A stretch of DNA of 64,000 nucleotides from a virus (IMGVR_UViG_3300044797_000034:247-64246), one strand, 5' to 3'; positions 39,774 through 49,977 are shown, counted from the first letter of the stretch. The notes: a model not told the origin generated them from the letters alone. Translations and numbers: made by a program.

Positions 39774-41333
39774 ATGTCGACCCCCCACTTGAATACAAAA
39801 GAAGCTGTCCGTGGAGTAAATGCTTACCTCGGAGCGAATTACGGAATTACTTGGGCAAATGAGAAAGTAGCGTCGGATGTCTGTGCTTTTGTAGCTTCTC
39901 AGCTGCAGGGTCCGACAACGCTACCGGAGACCGGGCTCAGCCCCGACTCGGCAGTGAAGATTGCGCAACTGATTGTAAATGCGCACGAATCACTGAAAGC
40001 GAAGGGTTATGCCGGGGAACCGGACTCACTTCGTAAGGTAGCGGCTGGTTGGTCAGTTGCGGATCTTGCGGTTGCCACTACGCGTTTTGATATGGCGGAT
40101 ATGGCGAAGCAGGCAGATGCGCTGATTACTACTGGTGGACAGCACACGAATCGTCCGGGTGAATCACCCGAGGCGCTCGCGAAGCTGGATCAGCACAATC
40201 GTCCGCAGGGTGAGTATCTAGTGGGCATGGGCAACACAGATATGCGAGCCCACGGTTCGGCTGTGATTGGTAAAGAGGAAGTGCATCCGAAGGCGCCGGA
40301 GAATACGTCGCCTACGCCGAATAGTCTGCTTGAGCAGTCAAAGGCTGCTTTTGATATGCAGAGTATGATGCAAGGTGCAAAAAACATGGGAGGCCGTGCT
40401 ATGCAGGGCATGCAGAATGCCGGCAATAACGCTATGTCAGGGTTACAAGGTGCTGGTAAAGCCATAGGGGGAGCGGCGCAAAGCGCCGGTCAAGCGGTGT
40501 CGAATGCACCAGCTGATTTAGCTAGTCTTTGGGCGAGTCTCTCGCCTGAGGCAAGGGGTGCTCTAGTGGGTGGTGGTGCTGGTGCTGCGTTAGGTGGTGC
40601 TGGCGGAGCGATGATGGATGATGAGAGTCCGCTACGCGGTGGTTTGATGGGCGCTGCTGGTGGAGGCCTTCTAGGTGCTGGCGCGGGCGCTATGTATCAG
40701 CACGGTATGCCAAGTGGTAAAGCGTGGCCAGGTTCGTCGGCTGCGGGACATGACGCAGCGAACTCACGTAATATGGTAGGAATGTCGGATCCGGCGCTTG
40801 ATACCGGATATGCGTCGCCCTACGCCCTTGCTCAGATGGGCAAAGGCGCGAGCGACTCGATGGCTCTTGCGTTCAAGAGTGCCCAAGAAATTGGTCTCTC
40901 AAATGATCAAACGGTTGCTCTTCTTTCCAAGATGGCGGCTGGTGGATCACTGACGGATAGCAAAACAAACACTCCCGAGGAAGCGGCTAAGCACGACTCA
41001 GTTGCTAAACTAGATCACAAAAATCGTTCCCCGGAAAAGTATCTTGAAGGTGTGGGAAAGACTGAACTGCCTAATGTAGGCCGCGTTGAACATGCGTCCA
41101 AGCGCCCGGATCAGCCGGGTACTAAGGAGAAGGAGCCGGACACGACTCCTTCACGCGAAGTGAAGTCGGCGGCGGATGAGGCCTTTATGGCGATCTTCAA
41201 GAAGACAGCAGAGGAAGTTGGTCCGTATCTTCCGACAGCCCTATCTGCAGATGATAAAGTTGCGCACGTACGTCGCATGATGGGTCTCAATGAATCAGAA
41301 CGCGGCGAGTATCTAAAGGCGCTAGCTAAGTAA
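39774..41333 (+). CDS. putative inner-head polyprotein with duplicated module and glycine zipper
   Basis: AGGAG RBS; about 12 K-x-A sites; two copies of AKLDxxNR...YLxGxGxT. Confidence 0.65.
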   Translation: MSTPHLNTKEAVRGVNAYLGANYGITWANEKVASDVCAFVASQLQGPTTLPETGLSPDSAVKIAQLIVNAHESLKAKGYAGEPDSLRKVAAGWSVADLAVATTRFDMADMAKQADALITTGGQHTNRPGESPEALAKLDQHNRPQGEYLVGMGNTDMRAHGSAVIGKEEVHPKAPENTSPTPNSLLEQSKAAFDMQSMMQGAKNMGGRAMQGMQNAGNNAMSGLQGAGKAIGGAAQSAGQAVSNAPADLASLWASLSPEARGALVGGGAGAALGGAGGAMMDDESPLRGGLMGAAGGGLLGAGAGAMYQHGMPSGKAWPGSSAAGHDAANSRNMVGMSDPALDTGYASPYALAQMGKGASDSMALAFKSAQEIGLSNDQTVALLSKMAAGGSLTDSKTNTPEEAAKHDSVAKLDHKNRSPEKYLEGVGKTELPNVGRVEHASKRPDQPGTKEKEPDTTPSREVKSAADEAFMAIFKKTAEEVGPYLPTALSADDKVAHVRRMMGLNESERGEYLKALAK

Positions 41334-41354
41334 GTTTGTACGACAAGGAATGGT

Positions 41355-41390
41355 AAAAAGCCTGTGGTCTGGTGAGACCATGGGCTTTTT
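41355..41390 (+). terminator. intrinsic terminator, possibly bidirectional
   Basis: AAAAAGCCTGTGGTCT-GGTG-AGACCATGGGCTTTTT. Confidence 0.8.
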
Positions 41391-41428
41391 ACTTTGGTGC
41401 GGTGCTATACTTGTAAATAGGGTACCAC

Positions 41429-43963
41429 ATGACAATGCAGGGCTTACCAGTTTCGAACTCTCCGCGAACACAAGGTTTTCAAGCTCAAAACCAGGATGCT
41501 CAGGTTGAGGAACTGTTCAATGATGGTTTCACGCAACGTGCTTACGATACATTTGGTAAGGCGTATCCTGATCTTGTAGCTGAGATTGTAACGCTGAAAA
41601 TAATTGACTCAGATCCAGATGATGGTACGGCTTGTGGCGTATTCATACTAGACCACGGACAGGAAATTTTCTATGTCCCTGTAGTCTTTGGTAATAATGA
41701 AATAAAACCGATTGATGTATTTTATTCAAAGCGTTTAGACCGATATCTTCCACTTTCAAGTGAGTGGCTAAACGAGGCTACTAAGGGTGCAATTTCTGAA
41801 TTAGGTCATGCAGTACAGACGCCTAAGACACTGCAGACGGACGTGGACATCCGTAACTTGGTAGTGCCTCCCACGACAGGCCGTTACTCATACGCGTCTG
41901 CTAACGACGAAGATCCGGCTTTTATTCAAATGCTTGAGAAAGCGCCTGCCGCTGTAAAGCAAGGTACGGTTATTTTTTTCGCCAAGCACGCGGCTCTCTT
42001 TAAGAAGGCAGTAGAAGTATTCGGTAAGGAGAGTCTTAGCCGTGCACTGACGATAAAGAAGGCATCAATTGAAGATACTTCTAGCGTAAAGGAAGAAAAG
42101 GCTAAACACGAAAATTACAAAAGTCCTCGCGAAGGAAATGTAATTACTGCTGACAAGGCGACTAAGCCTGCTAAATTAAAAGAGATGTTCGGTGAGGAAG
42201 CCGGTGTAGCGTATTCAACTATACGCACACAAGGTTTTTACGCTAAGGATTACCGTAAAGAAACCAAAGCTGTAATATCTACGCCTGAACGAATGATTAA
42301 TCTTGAGGAACCGTCTACCTCAGGTCTTTACCGTGTTTATATGGCGGATGGTTCCTCTGAGAAGGCACTTGTAATCAAGGACGTAGTTCGTCTAGGTGAT
42401 GGCTACGGTAGTCATAAGTTTGAATTACGTAATCAAACAAATGATCATCCGCATTCGGCGCCTGGTTACAAGGATGACGTATTTCCTCCGTCACGGGCAG
42501 CAGCACATAAGAAATTCTGGTTAGTGATATTTAAAGATGGCCGTTACTGTGAAACAAAATCTTTGCAGGCTGAACCGGTTGTGTCTAGCCACGCGGCATG
42601 TGAGGCTTTTATGAAAGATTCAGAACCTAAGAGTGGCGATGAAGGCTTTTTTGTCTCTACTACTGGTCTTTCACTGCGAGCTACTGACGTAGGATATCTT
42701 CATGAGGTACGTAGCTCCAATGGACGTACATCTATGGTAATGCACGGTACTAAAGTAGTACGCAATGACGATGTGCGCGGTAAAACGATACTTTTTCCTG
42801 CGGATCAAGACGCTGTTTTTCTACCTGGAAATTACCGATTCATCAAAGTATCAAAGCGTTTAGATCCGGCTGATATCTGCATTGATCCTAAGGGGGTCTA
42901 CGCACACGTGGAGGATAAGCTGAAGAAGGAGGGTGCGGTCAAACTTCAGGTTACCTATAAGATGGACGGTTACTATGTTGGTCGTGGTGGACCGTCACTA
43001 TCTAAGGCGGCAGCTCTTAAACAAGTAGCCGAAAAGTATGACCTCACATTAGGTCATTCTGAGCATATTCTCAAACTTGCCGAAGAAGATAAGGTCAAGA
43101 ATGTATGGGCGCTTACCGCTAAAACCATCGCTAAATTGGCTGCTGATAGCGCCCCTCCCAAGAAGGACAAAGCTCCTGCCCAACCTGCCCAACAAGACCC
43201 TGCGGCTCAAGGTGGAATGGATCCTTCGATGGGCGGCGATCCAGCGGCTATGGGTATGGGAATGCCTGCTGGTCCTCCGCAGCCTAGCTCTATAGAACTA
43301 GCGGCGGCTGAAATGCTACAGCAACTACAATCGCAGCAAGATTCTCTTGCTCAGCAAATGCAATTACTTCAGCAAGTAGCTGCACGCGCTCAACAAATAG
43401 AAGCTTCAGGTGCGGGCGTAATGGCTGCTCCGTTAGCGGCGCAAATGATTGCCCCTCCGCCTCAGGCTGGTGCTCCTGCTCCTGCAGCTCCACCTGACCC
43501 TGCCGCACAACCACAGGATCCATCACAAGGGCAAATAGACCCTAATACGGGCATGCCTATGCAACAGCAACAACCTATGGGACGTATGAATCCTGGATCG
43601 AAAGACTTAACGCCTGATAATATGGCGCAGTCTATAAATCCACAGTTCATGCAAGACGCCGCTGCCCTATCCGATGCTCAAGTATTTGATGCGGCTTCAG
43701 TAGCATCTCTCGCTCAAAACAGCGATACAATGGAGCTAGCTCAAGCCTATACCCCTAAAATTGAATCAGCCCTAGACTCCATTTGTCGTCTATTGACGCT
43801 CTTCAACATCAAAGAAGATGTCATCAAAGAACAGTTTGGCCAAGAATCCTACAGTATGACCGTTCAAAAACTACGCGATCTTGTTAAAGGAATGGGGGAT
43901 ACCCTTCTTAAGGTCGAACAAATGGGACAGCACCGGGCACCCGAGTATGCTGATGCACGGTAA
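41429..43963 (+). CDS. large putative head or inner-core protein
   Basis: 844 aa; K-x-A sites; Pro/Gln/Met-rich low-complexity linker; TATACTT upstream. Confidence 0.6.
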   Translation: MTMQGLPVSNSPRTQGFQAQNQDAQVEELFNDGFTQRAYDTFGKAYPDLVAEIVTLKIIDSDPDDGTACGVFILDHGQEIFYVPVVFGNNEIKPIDVFYSKRLDRYLPLSSEWLNEATKGAISELGHAVQTPKTLQTDVDIRNLVVPPTTGRYSYASANDEDPAFIQMLEKAPAAVKQGTVIFFAKHAALFKKAVEVFGKESLSRALTIKKASIEDTSSVKEEKAKHENYKSPREGNVITADKATKPAKLKEMFGEEAGVAYSTIRTQGFYAKDYRKETKAVISTPERMINLEEPSTSGLYRVYMADGSSEKALVIKDVVRLGDGYGSHKFELRNQTNDHPHSAPGYKDDVFPPSRAAAHKKFWLVIFKDGRYCETKSLQAEPVVSSHAACEAFMKDSEPKSGDEGFFVSTTGLSLRATDVGYLHEVRSSNGRTSMVMHGTKVVRNDDVRGKTILFPADQDAVFLPGNYRFIKVSKRLDPADICIDPKGVYAHVEDKLKKEGAVKLQVTYKMDGYYVGRGGPSLSKAAALKQVAEKYDLTLGHSEHILKLAEEDKVKNVWALTAKTIAKLAADSAPPKKDKAPAQPAQQDPAAQGGMDPSMGGDPAAMGMGMPAGPPQPSSIELAAAEMLQQLQSQQDSLAQQMQLLQQVAARAQQIEASGAGVMAAPLAAQMIAPPPQAGAPAPAAPPDPAAQPQDPSQGQIDPNTGMPMQQQQPMGRMNPGSKDLTPDNMAQSINPQFMQDAAALSDAQVFDAASVASLAQNSDTMELAQAYTPKIESALDSICRLLTLFNIKEDVIKEQFGQESYSMTVQKLRDLVKGMGDTLLKVEQMGQHRAPEYADAR

Positions 43964-43966
43964 TAC

Positions 43967-44665
43967 ATGCTTAGAGAAGCGCTTGACCATAACGCTAATA
44001 GGATAAAATCACTAGTTGAATCTGGTGCGTCCTTTTCTAGCGAACAGCCGATAGAAACGTCCTTTTATCAACTACTCACGTCTGGTAAGTGTGATATAGA
44101 ACAGGTGATTGACGCTTACGTATTGTACTTAGCTACTGAGGAACGGCATATTATGGACGCTTTGATAATCGCTAAGGCTAGCGATATCAATATAGCAGAG
44201 GCGTTAAGTATGTCACAGCCAATGATATCGGCGTATAGATATCTTTTCTGTGACCGAACAGTATTTAGACATGACCTAGAAATACGTCAGTATGTTCGTA
44301 CTTTAAAGGTCTTGCCGCAACATAAGCTATTTTATGACGAAGCCTTTCTCAAGGGTTACAAATACTTCGCAGACAGATTTCGTATAGGTGAAAAGCCTAC
44401 ATTATCTCCCAAACAGGTAATCGAGCAAATAATGCTTGACGCTTCGGATAGGGCTATTGCTCATAGAGGAGAGGTTATAACGTCTGAGATTGCTAAGGAG
44501 GCCTTACGTTGGGCCAGCGCTGCGGTTTCGTCAGCGCAAGCACTAATACGTGTAGGCGCGGAGTCTAAAAACATCAGCGATGACTTACGACTTGCTTTAC
44601 GGATAGAGGATCATACAACTACTGTAGAAGACCTAGGAATTGAACCTGGTCAAATGGTACACTAA
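43967..44665 (+). CDS. hypothetical protein
   Basis: 232-aa helical protein; possible HTH (IAEALSMSQPMISAY). Confidence 0.6.
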   Translation: MLREALDHNANRIKSLVESGASFSSEQPIETSFYQLLTSGKCDIEQVIDAYVLYLATEERHIMDALIIAKASDINIAEALSMSQPMISAYRYLFCDRTVFRHDLEIRQYVRTLKVLPQHKLFYDEAFLKGYKYFADRFRIGEKPTLSPKQVIEQIMLDASDRAIAHRGEVITSEIAKEALRWASAAVSSAQALIRVGAESKNISDDLRLALRIEDHTTTVEDLGIEPGQMVH

Positions 44666-44699
44666 TAACAGCTTATACTTACCTAGCGAGGCACGGCTA

Positions 44700-45572
44700 A
44701 TGGCTCTGTGGGACAACAAAAAATACGACGAAGAGGCTACTAAAATAGCGAAAGCTTTTGTTGCCGGAGAAAAGCAGAAGGGTGCAAGCCTAACGGCATT
44801 GGTGGAGAAAACTGCCCGTGACAATGGCCTTAATCCTGAGCAAATACGTCGTCTTGTCCGCGTGTCAAATATACGCTCTTGGGAAGAAAAATTCGAAGGT
44901 ATGAAGACAGCTGAAGCCCCTGACCGCAATGTTGAGTTCTCGTTGGGCGATGAGAACGCAGTTATTCGCACACTTCACGGCGAAGCGGCGGCTATGGTAT
45001 CTATGGCCATTAAAACAGGTGAAGACGTGGCAATATGTGACTTTCCTGACTTGACAGATGAAATGGCGGACGTTCGTCAGCCAGTACCGAAAGATTCGGG
45101 CACGTATAAGAAAGGTTCGATAGAACCGGTTGATGCTCCTCGCCATTATGACGTAGATGCATTGAAACTTGAGAAACTTGCTGAGGATATTGATGTAAAA
45201 ATCGCTACGGCTCGTTTTGAGTGGAAGGATGCTATGCAGGGTCTTTTAGATGAAAGCCGTAAGATATCTTGGACACCTGAAACTGCAGCCGAGTTTGAAA
45301 AGTCAGCTATAGCTCTTCATGGCGTATCAATAGTTCCTGAGATAAACGCGCTTCGTAAGATGCGTGGTGAAACTACGCTTGCCTTGACTAATGAAAAGGC
45401 CGCTGCCCTACGTAATCGTATTTACGCACAAGCTACTATTGCAACTGAGCTCGTTAAGGCCGCTTCAGTGGCGCGACATGATCACGCGTTACTTGAAAGT
45501 GCTAAAGTAAAGGCTACTGCTAAACTGGCAGAGCTTATATCAAAGATGGGCCTGAAGAAAGCAGCTGGGTAA
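44700..45572 (+). CDS. putative head protein, K-x-A rich
   Basis: Start moved to the ATG at 44700 (GAGG and TATACTT upstream); KTA, KLA, KSA and KAA motifs. Confidence 0.6.
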   Translation: MALWDNKKYDEEATKIAKAFVAGEKQKGASLTALVEKTARDNGLNPEQIRRLVRVSNIRSWEEKFEGMKTAEAPDRNVEFSLGDENAVIRTLHGEAAAMVSMAIKTGEDVAICDFPDLTDEMADVRQPVPKDSGTYKKGSIEPVDAPRHYDVDALKLEKLAEDIDVKIATARFEWKDAMQGLLDESRKISWTPETAAEFEKSAIALHGVSIVPEINALRKMRGETTLALTNEKAAALRNRIYAQATIATELVKAASVARHDHALLESAKVKATAKLAELISKMGLKKAAG

Positions 45573-45573
45573 T

Positions 45574-46242
45574 ATGGGTATACTAAATGCTATCAAGGCG
45601 CATCCGGTTGCAACATTAGGTATAGCCGCCGCTGGTACGGCTGGTGTGCGTGGAGCTATGGACGCGGGTAAACAAAAGGATCAAGTACGAAATCAGATTG
45701 AGGCCATGAAGCATGACGTCAGTACACCCGTACGTAAATTCGCTGAGGACATTGATTCACAGATCAAAACAGCTTCATTGCGATATGATGCGTTTGTAGA
45801 GAAGATGGCTGATGGTTTTGGTGATTATTCAAAACCGCATGCTAATTCTTTTGCATCGGCGGCCTTGAGTGGATTTGGCGGAAAGGTAGTTTCTACGCTC
45901 GCTGACAAATTGTTTCAACGACCCATAAACAAGGTTTTTGATATCATAGACAAAAAGTTCTACATGGAGCCACAGCAGAAGAATGTATTTCAGCAAGTGA
46001 CTCAGTCTGATCCGATTCTAGCGAAGGCTATGCACGACACCCCTGAGATCGTCATGGATGCGTACAACTCTATCAAACGATTTGCACCAACCCTAACCGT
46101 TGATACCAATGCGCTAAGAAACTTTTTGCGTCAAGCAGTTGCTCTTGGTGGACAACTAGACCCAATGTCAATTAAGCTCTTAGCTGAGACAGAAAAAGCT
46201 GTAAGACAGTCTCGTGGACAACTAGATAATAGGATGCAATAA
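45574..46242 (+). CDS. putative head protein
   Basis: Hydrophobic Gly/Ala N-terminus; KFA, KTAS and KMA motifs. Confidence 0.6.
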   Translation: MGILNAIKAHPVATLGIAAAGTAGVRGAMDAGKQKDQVRNQIEAMKHDVSTPVRKFAEDIDSQIKTASLRYDAFVEKMADGFGDYSKPHANSFASAALSGFGGKVVSTLADKLFQRPINKVFDIIDKKFYMEPQQKNVFQQVTQSDPILAKAMHDTPEIVMDAYNSIKRFAPTLTVDTNALRNFLRQAVALGGQLDPMSIKLLAETEKAVRQSRGQLDNRMQ

Positions 46243-46244
46243 CA

Positions 46245-46466
46245 ATGAACAACTTACCCTTAAGCCGAATCACTCGTGCCGTTAATTCACACGGTCTGCA
46301 CACCATTACGTCTGAGTTACTTAAACAGGCTGGTGCGCCTTACCCTGAGGAATGGAGTCTTCGTACTGCGGCTTTAGCTATCACATTGAAGATGGCTGAG
46401 AATCGTGAATCTGAGAAAAGCATACGTGCTGGTGTAAGTAGCTATATAAAAGCAGTGGGTGCGTAA
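46245..46466 (+). CDS. small putative head protein
   Basis: 73 aa; KQA and KMA motifs. Confidence 0.55.
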   Translation: MNNLPLSRITRAVNSHGLHTITSELLKQAGAPYPEEWSLRTAALAITLKMAENRESEKSIRAGVSSYIKAVGA

Positions 46467-46467
46467 C

Positions 46468-47328
46468 ATGAATTACTTTCGACAGTTGTTTACGATTGGT
46501 CGCATGGAAAGCATGATGGCTAAGCATGCTGGCGAAGGTGCGGGTTTATCCAGCGTAAGGGAGTTAAAACAAACCTTATGGACAGGTATGAAAGCGGCTT
46601 CGCGCGGTGAACTAGTAGACTTAGCTAAGATGGCATTGAAGGTAGCCAACGAAGTCAGTATTTGTAACCAGACTAAGCTAGCTAATGCTATAGACCGTGA
46701 TTTACTAGCTGTGAGTTTTGCTACTGCTAAAACAGTGGATGACGTCATATGCAAACAAGCTTATAACCATGAAATATCTTCGGCGGACGCTGAAAAGTTA
46801 CTCAAGTTAAATGCCGAAAGCGCTATTGATGATCTACTAGATATAGCTAAATTAGCTGCGCCAGACTGGTTAACCCACCCTGCTACTCTTGGTGCAATGG
46901 GCGGAGGACTGATAGGTGCTGGTGTCGGAGCATGGACAGACCCTGAACAAAATAGAGGGCGAGGCGCGTTGTTTGGTGGCGTAGGCGGTGCAGCATTAGG
47001 CGGTTTAGGTGGGTTAGCCTACAAACACTTCAAGGACTTAGCGATTGACAATGCGGCTGCCGCAGAAAAGATACTGGCAAATGAGACTGCTGAAAAAATA
47101 GAGCAGGCTCGCGCAGGTTATACAAATATGGGCATCAAACCTGAAACGATGCCACAAGAAGAACTGGCGTTTTCAGCTAAAGACTTAATGCCTAATATAT
47201 CAGGGGAAAGCGCGTATAAACCTAAGTCACACTCGGGCGCGGCTTCTAGCGTAGAGCCCCCTTCGCACTTTGGTGCGAACCCGTCTAAACCTGAAGTTTA
47301 TAAGGCACCTAAGCATCCTGGTCAATAA
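46468..47328 (+). CDS. K-x-A-rich protein with glycine-zipper hairpin
   Basis: Seven K-x-A sites in the first ~135 aa, then GAMGGGLIGAGVG...GALFGGVGGAALGGLGG. Confidence 0.6.
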   Translation: MNYFRQLFTIGRMESMMAKHAGEGAGLSSVRELKQTLWTGMKAASRGELVDLAKMALKVANEVSICNQTKLANAIDRDLLAVSFATAKTVDDVICKQAYNHEISSADAEKLLKLNAESAIDDLLDIAKLAAPDWLTHPATLGAMGGGLIGAGVGAWTDPEQNRGRGALFGGVGGAALGGLGGLAYKHFKDLAIDNAAAAEKILANETAEKIEQARAGYTNMGIKPETMPQEELAFSAKDLMPNISGESAYKPKSHSGAASSVEPPSHFGANPSKPEVYKAPKHPGQ

Positions 47329-49310
47329 TGAAAAAGATAGTCACATTACCAGAACGATTCATCACTGGTGAGCCGACTATATTAGTTGTTGCTCATTGGA
47401 ATGGGCACCACCATGTGATAGAGAAGGCGGCTAGTTATCGCTCTTCTGGCGTAAGCACTAAATTAGCGTCAGAAGCTTTTGATTACGTAGCTGCTGTTAC
47501 GCCAAAAGACGGCGAGACCATGATACTCGTAAACGCGTTAGGTGCGTTTGAGTTCTATGACGATAACCGCAACGGTGATGGGTTTAATGAACTCCCTTAC
47601 AAGGTTGGCGTTAAACCACTGTGTGATTGTGAGAAGTGTCAGAATATAGATTGGAAACATGGCTGGATAAGCGAAAAAGAAACAACGCGCAATCACTACA
47701 AGTCTTTCGAAAGCGGTGGGATTTATCAAAGCCATCAGAACAAAGACAACACTAAGTCACTTGGTAGAGTTGAAAAAGCATTCTGGAATGACTCGATGCA
47801 TAGAGTCGAACTTCTTTTAGCCATCGTTAACTCACGAGCACCAGAGTGGATAAACGAACTAGAAAACGGCATTTATTCAGCATTATCAATGGGTTGCCAT
47901 GTACGTTGGGACGTTTGTGCTAATTGTGGTCACCGAGCTCCAACGCGCAAAGAATATTGTGATCACTGCAAATTTGAGATGCGTAAGATTGATCCAGTCA
48001 CGGGTACGCGAAATGCCGCGTTGAATCCATCACCTAGATTTTTCGATATATCTAAGGTGTTTCGTCCTGCAGACCGACAAGCCTACATGATAAAGAAAGT
48101 AGCTGAAGAGGCGCCGTTAGAAATCTATTCATCTGCAGAACTCGGTGAGAAGGTTGCTACGTTTGAAGCTAAGCAAGCTAGTATCCGTAAGCTATGCACC
48201 ATACAAAAAATCTTAACAGGTGAAATTGAATACTCTAAGTTAGACCCGTCTAAACAATTGCTTCAGCGCTATCGTCACAACATGATGTCAGCGGAAGTAA
48301 ACGAGATGACACCTGCCGGGAAACCTGAAATAGACGCGATGGCAGAGCACTCTTTGCCAGAGATAGCTTCTACATTAGCTGAAAAGGGTGCTGGGTTAAC
48401 TACTAGTGAGCTAATATCGGTCCTGTTCAAGAAGGCCGGGCTGGGTACACCTGATAAAGATTTACTTGATCGTGCTGTAGCTCTTCAACCGACCGTATCT
48501 AGTTTCTTGGCTAGATTCCCTGACGTAGCTGAAAAATTGGCGGGTGCCGTTGCTATAGCTGATGAATTTGTTGTGCCTGCTCTCGCTGATAAGTTAGGAG
48601 CCTGGCTAGAGAAACGGGCAGGCATTGGTGACTATTTAACGTCTGCTTTAGGTCGTACAGGTTTACCGGGTACGCAATTTATACGAGATCGAGAACCTCC
48701 GCGTACTGACGTATTGTCAGTAACAGATCCTAATACTGGCGGAAGATACACTACTACGCGTGGTGCTGTTATGTCAGCGCACGATGAGCATGCTAAGGCT
48801 GATTTACTGCGAAGAGCAGGAGGCACGTTACTGCTATCTGGGGCTTACAGAGCTGGTCTGGGAAAAATGATCCCTGGATTTAATCAAGCCGGTGGTATGT
48901 TGCGCCACGGGTTACCCCTTGCCGCAGGCGCATATACTGCCAATAAACTACTTAATCATTACCCTATAGGACAACACTTTGTATCAGATGAAGGTTACTC
49001 AGTACCAGGCAATGCTGAGATGATGAAGGAGTCATCAGAACTAAACCCAGCCATAAGCGTACCAGCCTATCTAAACCTTATAGCCTTCGATTATGCAGAA
49101 CGAACTGGTCAGATAAAGGCAGCTCAAAATCTACAAAAGACTTTAATTGCTAAAATTCCTGATAGTTATGTCGCTAAAAACTTTCCATTAGAGGAAAAAG
49201 TTGCTATTCTATTCGAAGATTTAGAGAAACGGGCAACGGATCCTACTGATCCTCCCGAAGTGGATTTTGACCAAGTCTGTCAGAGACTTGGGTTATTGCT
49301 TGTAAACTAA
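47328..49310 (+). CDS. putative prohead (maturation) protease with Zn finger and C-terminal extension
   Basis: NRNGDGF, HQNKD, LSMGC (candidate nucleophile Ser), CANC...CDH and FFDISKVFRPAD resemble the assemblin/HK97-type prohead protease layout; lies upstream of the capsid genes. Confidence 0.7.
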   Translation: MKKIVTLPERFITGEPTILVVAHWNGHHHVIEKAASYRSSGVSTKLASEAFDYVAAVTPKDGETMILVNALGAFEFYDDNRNGDGFNELPYKVGVKPLCDCEKCQNIDWKHGWISEKETTRNHYKSFESGGIYQSHQNKDNTKSLGRVEKAFWNDSMHRVELLLAIVNSRAPEWINELENGIYSALSMGCHVRWDVCANCGHRAPTRKEYCDHCKFEMRKIDPVTGTRNAALNPSPRFFDISKVFRPADRQAYMIKKVAEEAPLEIYSSAELGEKVATFEAKQASIRKLCTIQKILTGEIEYSKLDPSKQLLQRYRHNMMSAEVNEMTPAGKPEIDAMAEHSLPEIASTLAEKGAGLTTSELISVLFKKAGLGTPDKDLLDRAVALQPTVSSFLARFPDVAEKLAGAVAIADEFVVPALADKLGAWLEKRAGIGDYLTSALGRTGLPGTQFIRDREPPRTDVLSVTDPNTGGRYTTTRGAVMSAHDEHAKADLLRRAGGTLLLSGAYRAGLGKMIPGFNQAGGMLRHGLPLAAGAYTANKLLNHYPIGQHFVSDEGYSVPGNAEMMKESSELNPAISVPAYLNLIAFDYAERTGQIKAAQNLQKTLIAKIPDSYVAKNFPLEEKVAILFEDLEKRATDPTDPPEVDFDQVCQRLGLLLVN

Positions 49311-49359
49311 CCAAAAAGCCCTTAACCTTTAGAAAGTCAAGGCACAAGGAAAAATCATC

Positions 49360-49977
49360 ATGACAGCACCCGCGCGAATTGAAGACATAATGCGTTTCCT
49401 GGATTCAGAGGAAACTTCAACTAAGGTAGCCGAGGAAAAAGTAGCGGTAGCGCCTGTTGCGCCTCCGGCTTTGCGGACGGCTCTCGCTGATGCGATGGCG
49501 TCGGTGGGCCTTACTAAGGCGGCTTCTGCCGTGGCTCCGGTTACAGCGCCGACAGCGCCTGTGGCGGATCTGGTGAAGATGGCCAATGAAGTTGTTGCTA
49601 TTGATCGTGACGGCGAAATCAAGCATGCGCAGTTAGTTGGAACTGCGATGGCTGATGCGTTTGTTTCGAGAATTAATCAATGGGATTCAGCGTCAGCATC
49701 CGTTGAAAAAACGGCGTCGGAAGGTACTGAGGTAGAGCAGCTTCAGAAATTTGCGGAAGCTAACCCTGAAGCGTATGAGTCAGCTGTTCGTCAGGGCTAC
49801 ACGGATGCAAAGAGCCTGATCGAGAAGGTTGGTCAGGATCTATACGCGCAGAGTTTCGAAGCTGAGAAGTCACGTATTGAAAAGGTTGCTGCGGAGCACT
49901 TCATCTATGGTTGGAATGCGATTCAAGCAGCCGACAAATACCTTACTGAGCAATCGAAGTCGCAAGCGAGCGCGTAA
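49360..49977 (+). CDS. putative scaffolding or core protein
   Basis: Acidic, Ala-rich; 8 of 13 Lys are in K-x-A. Confidence 0.6.
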   Translation: MTAPARIEDIMRFLDSEETSTKVAEEKVAVAPVAPPALRTALADAMASVGLTKAASAVAPVTAPTAPVADLVKMANEVVAIDRDGEIKHAQLVGTAMADAFVSRINQWDSASASVEKTASEGTEVEQLQKFAEANPEAYESAVRQGYTDAKSLIEKVGQDLYAQSFEAEKSRIEKVAAEHFIYGWNAIQAADKYLTEQSKSQASA

